Source: Octopus sinensis
Lineage: Eukaryota
Reading direction: 5' to 3'
NCBI RefSeq assembly: GCF_006345805.1
Contig: NC_043014.1
Coordinates: 28,086,001 to 28,150,000, forward strand
Length of the DNA: 64,000 bases
Both the position numbers and the translations under genes were made by a program. Positions 1 to 13,303 of this stretch are shown here, one piece after another. Every line of letters begins with the position of its first letter. The first letter of the stretch is position 1. Below the pieces are notes generated by a model. That model saw only the letters and a program-made list of their open reading frames with translations. It did not search any database and had not been told where the DNA came from.

Positions 1-1899
1 GATGAAATGCCACCAAGTATTTTAACTGGCATGCTACCGGTTCTACCAGTTCTCCACCTAAATCAAAATATTTATTAAGATTGAATTGGTAGAGCATTAT
101 ACTTTAGTAGTTAGCTATGTCAATTTACCTTTTAACCTTTCTGGGGTTGATAAAATAAAGTACTAGTACTGGGATTAATTTCATCAACTGTACATCTTCT
201 TACTAGAAAAAAAATGGTGATCTTGTACTCATGTTTGAGTGCTCTGGATCTGGTTTGGAGCAAATTAAAACTTTTCAGAAACCTGTTGGATGAATTATAC
301 CTCTTCTTCAATGGCAGATATAATTCATTGTCCAGTTTAACACTATCGCTGGATCCTTAGCTATTGTTTGTGAAGTCTACTCTGATGCAAGTATTTGAAG
401 ATAACCCATGAATTTGTTCCTTGTCACTGCCAGTACCAGAGCCCTTGCCATATGGTCATAGGAGCGTCCTTTCCTTTACTGTTTATGCCATTAAAAAATG
501 TAATAACATTGGTTTCTTACGATTGTACAAGGTCACAAATTTGAAGGAAGGGCATACATAAAATAATTGATTTTACTGGTGCTTTTCCAATGAACCTTGG
601 ATTGATGAAAAATAAATTTAACTTTGGTGAGATTTGAAATAAGAGGTTATGCAAGCATAATTAAATACTATAAGGCTGTTGCTTGATCGATTTTGCTATC
701 CAATACCTTTCAAGAGATAATATGAAAATTATGTGATAATTTATGATACTATGTGATAAATTAAGTTGATGCATATCTATACCTGAGAGCAGAGCTATCC
801 AGTTTCATAGAGTATTAGTCAAACAGCTAAGCTATCAGCAGTTTGTATCATGTCACCAGCACTTCATTATACCCAAAACAAATACACTTATCTCACAAAT
901 GGCCCACTTTATCAAGTCATAAGTAGATATCACAAAATAGGAACAATTTGCTATTGCAAACAACAATAGGAAATGTAAATTAGTGAGTGCTTTCATAAGC
1001 ACATAAGAGTCACTCAATCTGTGAGAATCAGAAACCAAATTTCCTTAAATAACATCATAACATATTTAAATAAAAGGAATGGTGCAATAGGTAATGTAGC
1101 CATGGATATACAAAAAAAGATGGGTGATCACAATTGGAATACATTTGATTATTCAATAAGAGCTGACTGGTTAAACAATGACAACAATACATACATAACA
1201 TACATAACATACATACATATATATCTATCTCTCTATTCATCAGTCTGTCTGTATATCTATGTGCATGTGTAAGTGTGTTTGAGTATGCATACATACCCTT
1301 CTGTCCGGCATTCGCCATGATAGATCGCTAGCCACTACACTTTCTTTATTTTCTCTCCTTGTCTCTTTCTGTGTTCCTTTCTGTGGAAGAATGTAGACTC
1401 AAAACATTAAAGACTTTTTCACTTTGTGAGCGTTATACTAATACATCTGTTTGTTTTTTTTTCTACACCACCTGTCTTCATCATTTATTTTTTTGTGAAT
1501 CCTCCATATATATATATATATAAACACTACGGCTTTCCTTCTGAGGCCATCTAGCTATGTGGTGTATAAACTTAGTTTGCGCAAGGCCTGTGTTCAACAT
1601 CAATTTTGCATACCCATCCTCCCCCACCACGTCGATTTTAATTCATGCATTAACATTTTCACCTGGTGATTCAGACACTTCTTGTGCTGTGTGTGTGAAT
1701 ACATATTTTGATTATACCCTTATACCCCTTATACCCTCATACATGCACCCTGATGAGTGTTATATACAGTTAAAGGTACCTCATATAAAAATACTTAGAT
1801 ATAATGCTTAAATTGCCTTATGTAATCATCCTCTTCTCATACCCACTTGTTGGCTCTTGATCTACATGATGGATGTGGTGGGGCAACACTGTAATTCAT

Positions 1900-4830
1900 T
1901 GCAATTCACTGAATAAACTATGTATCAAGGCTCAATGCTAGCTGGCAAGCATTTTCGCAGATCTTTGTTTCAGATGATGACAAAATTTCCACCACTCCCA
2001 AGTACTCAATCTCAGGACTGCTACCATCAATGTTGACACAATGAAAGTAAGGAGTGGGGAGATTATTGAAATGTTGGAGTGATGCCATGTTAATGTGTGT
2101 GGTGTGCAAGAAGTAAGGTCAAGGGGAGCCTCAGCTAGATTCCTCACAGGTAAGAGACAGAGATTTAAATTCTTCTGGGTTGGCAGGAAGGATGGAGTAG
2201 GTGGTGTAGGCATACTGTTAGCAGAAAAGTGGGTTGATAAGGTCATTGAGGTAGTCTAAATATGTGACAGGGTAAATAAGATGAGACTTGTCATAGGTAA
2301 ATTAACAGTTACATTTGTCCCTGGCTAGGCTCTTTGCTCTGGGCTGACTGATGTGATCCTTTTGCAGATCACCTCAACGACAAATGACAGAGACTTTGCT
2401 ATTGTGGTTGGTGACTTCAATGGACATGTTGGACAGCACCCTCATGGATTCCAGGGAGTGCATGGGGCTATGGCTTTGGACCTAGAAATGAGGAGGGAAC
2501 AAGACTGTTGGAGTTCTGTGATGCAAACGATCTCATGATATGCAACACTAACTTCAAAAAACCAGCCAGCCAGCCACCTAATCATTTATCAGTCTGTTGA
2601 GCACATAAGACAGATAGACTACCTCCTCACCAGACAACGAGATAGATGGATGCTTAAAAATGCAAAGTCTTTCTCAAGTGAAGAGTGTACAACTCAACAT
2701 AGGTTACTAGTTAGTGACTTCAGAATTAGAGCTAGAAAGATCTGGAGAAATAAACCAATCTGGAAAAGAAAACTATGGAAGCTCAAAGACCCAGCAAACA
2801 GACAAAAATTTAGCGATTTACTAATGGAAGCTTCTGACAAAAGACAGGAAGAGTCAGGGACATATAGCTTAGAGGACAATTGGAAGTTCCTGTGGGACAA
2901 TCTACTGAGGGCTATGGATGAAATCTGTGGTTATTGCAGAGTTCCAGATAAACAAGGGATTACATGGTGGTGGAGCAAGGAAGTTGACAGTGCTATAAAA
3001 GTAAAAAGATTAGCAAAACGGTGCAAACAGAGAATTATATCAAGTAGCCAAAAGGGCAGCTAAATGTCAGGTATATGTAGCAAAAGGAGTGGCTGAAGGT
3101 AAGAGGTTTGAAAATGTTCTATGGCATTAGGATCAGAGGTGTGAGGTGTTCAGGATTGTAAAGCAGTGTATCAGAGAGAATAGAGATGTGGTAGGTGAGA
3201 AATGTGTGCGAATGGATAATGGTATGCTTGCACTTTGTGACTCAGAGAAGAAAGATGCATGGAAGCATCACTATGAAAGGTTACTAAATGTGGAAAATGA
3301 ATGGGAGGAGAGTCTACCAAATATCAAACCAACTGAGGTACCAGCCATCAGAGTTGATAGCAGCATAATAGATAAGGCAGTTAAGACATGAAGACAGGGA
3401 AAGCCCCTGGACCATCAGGAATCACTGCTGAGATGATTAAAATTTCCAGTGGTGTAGGATACAACTTCGTCACCCGTATAGTTAATCAGGTTATTCAGGA
3501 AGGCACCATCCCCAATGACTGGTGTAGTAGTATTAGTTAGCTGCTATTAGGGTAAAGGTGATGCCTTAGATAGAAACAACTACAGAGGCATTAAATTGCT
3601 AGACCAAGTTATGAAAGTGACTGAGAAGATTATAGCTCAATTGATTGGAAATAGAATTAAACTAGATGAGATACAGTTTGGTATTGTACTTGGAAAGAGT
3701 GCCACAGATGCTGTCTTCATAATGAGACAGCTGCAGGAAAAATATTTGGCCAAAAGTAAGCCGTTGTACTTAGCTTTCATCGATATGGAGAAAGCTTTCA
3801 ACAGAGTTTCCTGCACTGTTATATGGTGGTCTCCAAGGAAGTTAGGAGTAGAGCAGTGGCTTGTTAGAGCTGTACAAGCCATGTACAGTGGTGCTTGTCT
3901 TGAAAGGTGAGAGTCAGCATGAACACAGTGATGAATTTAGCATACAGGTAGGGGTTCACCAGGGCTCAGTTCTCAGCCCACTCTTATATTTATTATAGTC
4001 CTCCAGGCCATAACAGAGGAATTCAAAACTGGGTGCCTGTGGGAATTGCTACATGCTCTTATTGTAAAATATTTAGCAGAATTGGAGAAGAAATTCCAGG
4101 AATGGAAACCAAACCTGGAATCAAAGTACCTTGAAGTTAACCTTGCAGAGACCAAAGTTGTTGTTAGTAAGAAAGAAGATAAAACCCACTTTCTGTTGGG
4201 TAAATGGCCCAGTTCAATATGCAGGAAAGGAGTTGGAAAACACACCATTTGCTGCATCCTGTATAAACTATGTACACATAAAAGAGGCAGTGGAATTACA
4301 GGTAGATTAACAGATAGTCGTCTTTGTATGTAGCAGATGTGCAGGAACAATAAGCACTAAGTGAACATGGAACCTAGATTCTCTCAAATGCCCAGGAGGC
4401 TCTCTTGAGGTAGATAATTTCTGTTACCTAGGTGACCTAACCCTGAATGCAGAATGCAGAAGGCTGGAGAGAAATATAGGTAGTATGGTCAGTTGCATGT
4501 GTAACATCAGTGCGCATGTAAGACAAAGTGCAAATATATTGAGAGATAAGTTGGCCATAAGAGGTATCAAATGTAACATGTAAGAGAGAAGGCTATGTTG
4601 GTTTGGACATGTGATGCATATGAATGAGGACAGCTGCATAAAGACATGCCGATCACTGAAAGTAGAAGGTACCCGCAGAAGAGGGAGACCCGGGGAGACA
4701 TGGGATGAAGTGTTAAGGAATGATCTCAGGATGTTGGGCCTCATGGAAGAAATGACAATGGACTGAGATGTCTGGTGATATGAAGTTCTTGAGAAGACCT
4801 GCCCACATCAATGAAACAGTTCTAGAAGCA
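1900..4830 (+). mobile_element. Decayed RTE-clade LINE (endonuclease plus RT)
   Basis: VVGDFNGHVG, TQHRLLVSDF, QFG..SATDAVFIMRQLQEK, AFIDMEKAF, VHQGSVLSP, CWFGHVMHM. Many frameshifts and stops. Confidence 0.88.
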
Positions 4831-5831
4831 CTGTATGTCCCACCAACGCTTAACAAGAAAACTTCTCACACACTTTACCACAACAAACCAAACTACATCT
4901 CTACATCTGTTCTCTTCCTCACATTTCTACTTCGTGCACTATGCATACCTCCCACTCCCCAATCCTGTCCTCTTGGCCCTATTCATCTGTGTCCTTTCTC
5001 TCTGCTAGCTTCCAACCTGTGTGTTCCACCCACACATAACAAGAAAAATTTTCACACACCCTACCTCAACAAACCAATCTACATCTCTACATCACTTCTC
5101 TTCTTTACATCTTCATACACTATGCCTAGCTCTCACCCTCCAATCCTGTCCTCATACCCCTGCTCCTCTGTACCATTGCTATCTGGTAGCCACCCACCCA
5201 ACTCTATATACACCCAGATTTTCACCACTCACTCTCACCGCCCTCTGCACTCTTTAATCACACTTCTTTTGCAATATCCTGCCACTTATATTATGGTGTT
5301 CAAACCTCAAGGGTATGCCATGGCACTTGTCACCATCTATATCTCCCTTTTCTGTTACTCAAACATCCCATTTATATTCTGATTCCTGTCCCTTGTGAGT
5401 ATGCCCTACATAAGGGTAGGTTTACAAATGTTTCAGGGTCATAGAAGATATCCCATCATTAGGGATGATATAAGAGAGTTAAATAGAAGGAAATAATAGA
5501 GTTCAATAAAAGGAGTTATTTTGGAAAGGGAGAGATGTTGGAAGTATAAAGGAAATATAAGAATAAAAATAAAGATATATGTTGGATGTTAAACGTGCTG
5601 TTCCATTACCCAAGGAATGTCTTGAGTAGAATGGGCAAAAAGACTTCTTGTCCATGGTATGCAAGTTCCAATAGGAGTTCATATTTTGTTATTACAAATG
5701 GATAGCGTGCAGGTATTAATTCCATGTGGTGTTCATTCAAAGGGATCTTGTAGTGTAAAAGAAATTTTTGAGAATAGAATAGATAGGTATGTTAGGAGAA
5801 AGAAAATGATATTGGTCAAAGGATTGGGGTA

Positions 5832-6532
5832 GAAAAGAAGGAAGAGGAAGAGAAAATGAAAAAGGAGTGCTAGATGGTGGTCAAGATATTATGAGAGGGT
5901 AGGGAGAGGAGAGCTATCAGTAGATAAAAGGAATAAGAGTTGGGACAGAAGGAAGAGGTAAGAATGTGAAGAAGGAATATGTGTGAGAAATGGGTGGTGG
6001 GGTGATATGTTAGAAAGGCACTAAAGTGGAGGGACTGATAAAGAATGTGGTACAGAGGTGGGTACTAAAAGTGAGTAGTAAACCTCAGAAAGGAATGGAA
6101 GAAGAAGAAATTATAATGGTCAAATTTCTAAAAATAGACGTAGGCATTTATATGAGGTCAGAGATTGTACTAGCTAAAGTGACAGTGGGGGCTGATAAAT
6201 CAGTGAGAGAAAAAAAATATGTATACAGATATTCGTACATGTGCACATGCATACATATTAATGTGTATATTCACTATTAAGTAGGACCACATACTTACAC
6301 ATATATGTATACATATGTATCCAGATACATACACATAGATGTATGTGTGTGTGTGAGTGTGTATACATATATATATATATATATACTTCTATGTATGTAT
6401 ATATATATTATCATTTTATTAAAAATTGAAAAATTAAAAATTAAGAAATTGGTAAGTCAAATGAAGTTGTTGGAGGTTACCTAAGGGGTATTCGGTATAT
6501 GTACGGTGTGGTGATTTAGGTTAAATTTAGAT
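5832..6532 (-). repeat. Inverted copy of the Penelope 3' pseudo-LTR (pairs with 10077-10712)
   Basis: About 700-bp diverged inverted repeat. ORF-track entries 6026-6280(+) and 10300-10512(-) give near-identical translations. Confidence 0.88.
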
Positions 6533-7865
6533 ATGGGGTAAAACAACAAAACTCTTCTTCATTCCTACAATTCGATATAAATAATTACTATGCATCTATT
6601 TTCCTCAAACTTCTCAATCAAGCCCTCCTCCTAGCCAGAAATCTAACTAACCTAACCCCACTAGAAATTAACACAATTCTTAATGCCCGAAAAACTCTCA
6701 TTTCTTTTGGGGACAAATTCTGGTGCTGGCCAACCACTAACAATAACTATAGCAAATTCTTTGATATTACTATGGGACCATCCGACTCTGCCCAGGTCAC
6801 AAACCTCATTATACTATACTTACTCCATCAGCTCTGAACACACTTCCCTAATATCAAGGGAGGCCTATACAGAGATGATGCTTTGCTAGTCACCAAGGGT
6901 GTTAATAAATCCTCTATAGAATGAACTAGGAAATTCTTCTCTAACCTCAACCTATCCATTACTTTTGAAAATTCCCATAAAACCACTAATTTTTTAGATG
7001 TTACTTTAAACTTAGAAACCTCCTAGTACTCCCCGTATCATAAATCCAACCAGTACCTTAAGTACTTAAACATTAATTCCAATCATTACAAATCCACCTT
7101 TGATAATATATTTAAGGGTATTTTGATTCATATATCTGACCTCTCAGCCACTGAAGAAATATTCAATAACCATGCCCCATGGCCCATACTACAACCAAGT
7201 GCTCGCTGTCAGCAGCTTCTCTCAACAAATAAAATATGTCTGTAATACAAGGCTCAAGCAACATATATCTCAAGTCATATCACCACAACATGCTAACCAT
7301 CAAAATCATAACAGACTATATGTGCACTATACTAAAACCCTGGGAGAACACAGATTAAGACAGCTTAGACCTCCTACACACACATATAACTTTAGGTCAA
7401 AAGCTAAAACAGCTAACAAAAATGGGCCATATAACCCACCTATAATTTCTAATAATACAGATCATGCTACCCCCAAGTAACCAAAAAAGGTGGTGGACAC
7501 TCAATTCTATGATATACACCTCCCTTCTCATTAAATGTTAAGAAGTTAACCAAATCCTTTTTTAATATATTAGACTCCAACTTCCCCGTCAACATAAATA
7601 TTACCCTGTCTTTAATAGATCTACTTTAAAGCTATCCTACTCTTCCCTGCCCAACTTTGAGTCTATCATAACAGCCTCTAATAAACGAAACTTTCTCTCT
7701 ATTATCAAAATATACACCAAAACAACTCTGAATACACTAGTTAGTGCCCAACACATACATAGCTCCAACATTGAACCCAATTCTTTAGACCATAACGAAA
7801 ACCCAACCAATCCTACTAACTCAATCAAGAATATCAGTGCCCTAGATAGGATAAATGATAACTAT

Positions 7866-7908
7866 GATAGAAATAATAATAATAATAATGATAATAATAA
7901 TAATAATG

Positions 7909-7948
<40 letters not shown>

Positions 7949-7970
7949 TAACGATAATAATAATAATAAA
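7866..7970 (+). repeat. (AAT)n microsatellite (partner array 9486-9573)
   Basis: Direct inspection. Confidence 0.95.
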
Positions 7971-7971
7971 C

Positions 7972-9485
7972 ATACAAATATTTAGGGATAAATGAAGGCT
8001 CTGGTATTCAGCATGCAAGCATGAAAGAGAAGATCAGGAAGGAATGTTATAGGAGAGTTCGTGCGGTCCTGAAATCTGAACTAAATGCACATAACAAGGT
8101 GTTAGCTATAGTTTCCTTAGCAGTTCCAGTTGTTACTTATAGCTACAATGTGTTGAACTGGAATATGAGTGAAGTAAAGAATATAGATAGGAAAATACGC
8201 AAGCTGCTGAGTTATAATAGGATGCACCACCCAAAGGCAGATGTGGATCGCCTTTACCTTCCCAGAGCCCAAGGAGGTCGAGGCCTGATCCAATTTGAAC
8301 TAGCTTACAAAACAATCACAATTGGACTGGCCAAATATCTTGAAATAACGAATGACTGGATGCTAAAGCTCGTGGAAAATCATGAGAGACAAAAGAAGCT
8401 TCATTCTATCATAAAGGAAAGCAAAAAATTTGCTATTGATCTTGTGCAGGATACCCAAACTGAACAACCCGAGGGAAGTACGGCAACTATTGTTGCAAAG
8501 AAGGTGAAAATAATGGCAACGAAAAAAGCGCACGAGCAATTGGCTGATAGGTGGGAGGAGAAACCTCTGCACAGCAAATATGTGGCCCATAACAAACAAG
8601 CTGATGTTGACCAGAAGCAATCCCATCAGTGGCTACGGAGCTCAGGGCTAAAAGCAGAGAGCAAAGGTTTCATCCTGGCTGCGCAAGATCAAAGCCTATT
8701 AACCTGGAACTACCAGGCCAATGTGATGAAAAATGGAGCAGACCCAAAATGCTAATTCTGCAACGACATGATTGAAACAGTGGACCACCTAATCTCTGGA
8801 TGTAAAGTCTTAGCACCAGTGGAGTATAAATTAAGACATGACAGAGTTGGCCAATATCTACACTGGCTAATAAGTCGGCATTACAATATCAAAACTGCCG
8901 ACAAGTGGTATAATCACCACCCTGAAGCTGTAACTGAAGGAGAAAATGTAATGATTCTGTGGGACTTTCCAGTACATACAGACCGAACCATCAAAGCCAA
9001 TAAACCGGATATTGTTGTGAAAGACCAAAACAATAAAGTTTGCTTATTGATCGACATGAGCATCCCCTGTGATCATAATATCTCGGCGAAAGAGTTTGAC
9101 AAGTTCAGAAAATATAAAGACCTGCTCATTGAAATTGAGAAAATGTGGCATCTCAAGGCGGTTACAATACCAGTGATCGTCGGAGCACTAGGAATGATCA
9201 AGAAGGGAACCGAAAATTATATGAGAATGATCCCTGGCTTACCATCCCTGCAAGAAGTGCAAAAGATTGTCTTAACTGGTACATCACACGTATTGAGAAG
9301 AGCATTGTCAATGTGAGAACTATTACTACCCATGTATTTTAATTTAACTTTAAAAAAAAAAAATGAACAAACTAGTGAGTTTAGTTTAATGGCTTACCAA
9401 TGTATACTATGAGTTTCTTTGCCCTAGGAGTCGGGAAGACACTCGGCAAGAAATGGAAGAAAATTTGAAAGAAGAAGAAAAAAAG

Positions 9486-9486
<1 letters not shown>
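7972..9486 (+). mobile_element. 5'-truncated Dong/R4-like non-LTR element with restriction-like endonuclease, inserted in (AAT)n
   Basis: YKYLGI RT end, C*FC..ETVDHLISGC knuckle (one in-frame stop at 8753), RHD, KPDIVV...IDMSIP...KYKDL PD-(D/E)xK. (AAT)n on both sides. Confidence 0.88.
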
Positions 9487-9558
<72 letters not shown>

Positions 9559-10759
9559 TAATAATAATAATAACATAGACAAATCTACCCCATCTCTAAC
9601 CTCTCCCTAGTCAGTATTACTTCCTCCATTCCAGAGAATAATTCCTGCATTACCATGTAACTGCCGCCCTGGGACCATTTGCCCTCTACAAACCCCTTGT
9701 GGAAAGTCTAATGTAATTTACAAATGTACCATCCTCAACATCCTACACAATTCTACAACCATATATATAGGATCAACTATAAATTTTAAACAGAGATACA
9801 CTGCACACCTCAATTCTTTTAGAGATGAGAAATACAGTAAATCCCAAACCCTTGCCAATTACATATATCATCTTAAAAACAGGAATATTCCATATCACTT
9901 ATGATTCATAATAGATTCAGGGCTTCCATACCAGGGTCAATGCTCAGCCTGTAAGCTAAGCCTAAAAGAGGCATTCCACACATTAAAACATAACTCTTCA
10001 ATACTACTAAATAAGTATAATGAATCCTTAAGTACATCAACCACCGCCTTTTTCATGCTTTCAAATTTTACCACAGATCTAAATGCAGCCTAAATCACCA
10101 TACAGTACATGTATCAAATACCCCTTAGGTAACCTCCAACAACCTTATTTGACTTGCCAATTTCTCAATTTCTAATTTTTGAATTGTTTAATAATATGAA
10201 ACACACACACACACATACATATACATATATACATGTATGGGAATGTGTATGGATACATATGTATACGTATATGTGTGAGTATGTGTTCCTATATACACAT
10301 TAATATGTATGCATGTGCACATGTACGAATATCTGTATATATATTTTTCTTTCTCTCACTGGTTTATCAGTCCCCACCAACACTTTAGCTAGTACAATCT
10401 CTGACCTCATATAAATGCCTACGTCTATTTTTAGAAATTTGACCATATTTTCTTTTTCTTCCATTCCTTTCTGAGGTTTACAACTCACTTTTAGTACCCC
10501 CCTCTGTACCACATTCTTTATCTATCTCTCCACTTTAGTGCCTTTCTAACATATCACCCCACCACCCATTTCTCACACATATTCCTTCTTCACATTCTTA
10601 TCTCTTCCTTCTATTCCTTTTATCTACTGATAGCTCTCCTCTCCCAAACCTCTCACAATATCTTGACCACCATCTAGCACTCCTTTTTCATTTTCTCTTC
10701 CTCTTTCTTTTTTCTTTCATTCTTGAAAGATGGTGAATAATCTTGTGGATGTTACCAAG

Positions 10760-11150
10760 TGAGTTACTTTAATGCAAGTAACTCAATTATTAAGACAGAA
10801 TTGAAAGGATAATGGAAGCTGGTGCAGAAGAGAGAACTCACCACATTTAAGAAGCATATAATTAACACCATCAAAAGCAGAAGAGGTATATTTGCGCTTA
10901 TTCTTTAGGTGGCATTGCAGCATTTCAGATGTAAATTCTACAGATGTTTTAGAATTTGATACTAGAGACAGTGAAGCAGGTACATTTGGATTTTCAACTG
11001 TAATAACACCAACATAGTATTCAACAATAAGTTCTGCACATTCTTTGGGTTTATCAGTAATCCAATGTTTGTGGGGATTGCAAAGAAGACCTACTGGAGA
11101 GTGAGGTCTTTGCTTTGAATAACAAATATTATCTGATCATAGAGTAAAAT
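10760..11150 (-). mobile_element. Old CR1 fragment related to the intact CR1 at 60313
   Basis: Minus-strand SKQRPHSPVGLLCNPH..ITDKPKECAELI..HLKNKRKY..DGV versus SKQRPHSPVGPLRNPH..ITDDPKECAELI..HLQNKRNY..DGV. Confidence 0.85.
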
Positions 11151-12646
11151 ATAGAAATGTTGACATCAACTTCCCACCAAAAGCTGGTTTTTCCAATGTA
11201 TGTGGGTTTTTAGAAATGCATCAATAAATACGCAGAAATGGTTTATGTGGTGGAAGGAATTGGTAGTAACAACAGGCAGAGCTGTGAGATTGATGAAAAG
11301 TTAACAACAACAAGTAGAAAAACCCAGAATTTGGTGGTTTAATCAATCGGCATGAAATGGAAAAAGAATGGTGATGGTGGTGTTGTGGTGGCGAGGAGGA
11401 ACACCAAATATTGACAAATATAGGTCAAAGTGCATGTGTTTTTCAAACAATTGAAAGATGATAGTTAATGAAAAACAAGATACGTAAAGTACGGAATTTA
11501 GAAAAAAGTTGTGTCTTCTGTGATGGTTGAGCATTAAGAGTTGTTAAGAGGAAAGGTAACTAAGGATTATTTTAATTAAAGGATAATAGAGTATTATTTA
11601 AAGATTAATATATATGCATTTTTTTTTGTTTAAAAGGATAAATGACTTAATAAGAATGTTTTAAAGGATTTTAAGTTGTAATACTATATAAAATGGCTAC
11701 ATTATTTTAATCTCAAATTCATTATGTTTACATTGCAAGGAGATTCATTTAATTTAGAATAAAGAATGGATGATATACAGCTAACTTAAATAGATAATAT
11801 TTTGTATTAATAGTGAAGTTCAGTTTAATATTTTAAATACTAATAGATGAAGAATAGATAGTTATAGTACATTAATTGATGCAGTCATTAAAAAATAACA
11901 GCAAGGCATGTGAGTAACTGAAGAAGATATGCTTAGGTAGATCTTAGTTATTAAAAATGATGTATTTTATTAAAGTGGCCCCTACAAAAAAATTTAAAAA
12001 TTTTAATTTTAAAGCAAACAGTTATTATAATTCAAAAGTGATATGACCATAGAAAGTACCAGGCTTTAGAATTGTATAATAATTCCTTTTAGGAACAGTG
12101 AATCTTAAGGCAAATAAAGCTATAAATAATAGCATGTAAGTATTGGGTTGAATCGAAAAAAAGTTAAAGGCTGCTCACAGGACTCGCACCCACTTCTCTT
12201 GTGTACATGACAGATGTTCTTCCAATGGACCAAAGCAATTCTTCAAATTTCTCTATCCATTTTTAGAAACTTTATTCTTACCAGCAAGAATTGTATGTTG
12301 TTGATGTCATGAGAATCTAGAAACTGAGAACATGAAATAATTCTTTTTATGAACAGTGAATCTTGAAGCAAATAAACCCATCTCTTCCCCACATCTCAAT
12401 GTTGATGAGCTTTTGTTCTTCTGTTCTGTTGGTCTCTTTCCTATGGCTGAGTTGATTCAACCACGAATTTCTTTCTGGTCTTTATAGCATTTTTCAGTCT
12501 TTCTAGAGCAAAGAGCTGAAGCTATATTTTCCATTTTACCATCTTCAATGAGTGCTAATTTTATCTCAGCATTTGTTAACATTAACTGGTTGTCATGAGA
12601 CAATATTACAACAACAACAGCAGCAGCAACAACAGTGATGATAATT

Positions 12647-13224
12647 CTCTGATGTAATTCCAGCACTGGCCTTCATGGCTTCTGATCTCAAATGATTGGA
12701 AGTGTTATCATGTACATGCTTTGTCTTGATGTAAAAGATGGACTACAACAAATATTCTGCTCATTACTATAGATTTGCTTGTCAGCTGTTTGACCTTAAG
12801 CAATTGAGCATGGCCCTTGGTGGCTGATGATATGTGCACCTCTGATCATGAGCAGAAGTAATGGTAGAGCATTATAGCTATGTGTTGAAAGGAATATTGT
12901 GGGGTTTGAATAATTCACCTCTGGAAACATGGGTGTTTCATTCAACATCCTTAAACAGTCCTTATTCAGGGACCTTCTGAGCTGGATGGACAACTCAACC
13001 TGAAGAAAATTCTAACTGGACCTCACCTGTAAGGTCATGTGCTGTTTATCTTGATATGAAATCACCATGTCACACACATATGGTTGTGATGCATGTTCCT
13101 GGTGTACTCTTATCAGATGGGTAGTCATGATGGGTAGTCATGATGGGTAGTCATGATGGGTATATTGGGCTTCATATATTTGTACCCCAGTGTCACTTTG
13201 ATGGCATGTGCTGCTCTCTCACTC
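12647..13224. mobile_element. Non-coding ~580-bp dispersed element associated with AAT-type arrays (copy 1)
   Basis: Clear homology to 22058-22411. Contains GATGGGTAGTCAT three times in tandem (13116-13154) and ends at (AAT)n. Confidence 0.7.
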
Positions 13225-13292
<68 letters not shown>

Positions 13293-13303
13293 TAATAATA
13301 ATA

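Larger units (their letters stand above)
6540..10712 (+). mobile_element. Decayed Penelope-like element (RT, GIY-YIG, pseudo-LTR), interrupted at 7866-9573
   Basis: FDITMGxSD and GLYRDD (~6862), FLDVTLNL, PPFSLNV...FNRSTLKLSYS (~7520-7650). GIY-YIG CNCR..CPL..NVIYKC..YIGST..FKQRY..H at ~9655-9820. Confidence 0.85.

Noticed and set aside
1381-1415. GGAAGA..CTCAAAAC..TAAAG, a hammerhead-like remnant in a common repeat
   Set aside because: Neither CUGANGA nor GAAA is intact in this copy, so it cannot be supported from the sequence.
4768-5382. 204-aa ORF with an internal repeat
   Set aside because: Low-complexity C/T-rich TE-derived sequence spanning the RTE junction, with no domain motif.
7866-9573. 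CRISPR-like or other prokaryotic arrays
   Set aside because: All repeats are microsatellites or TE parts; there is no repeat-spacer structure and the DNA is eukaryotic.
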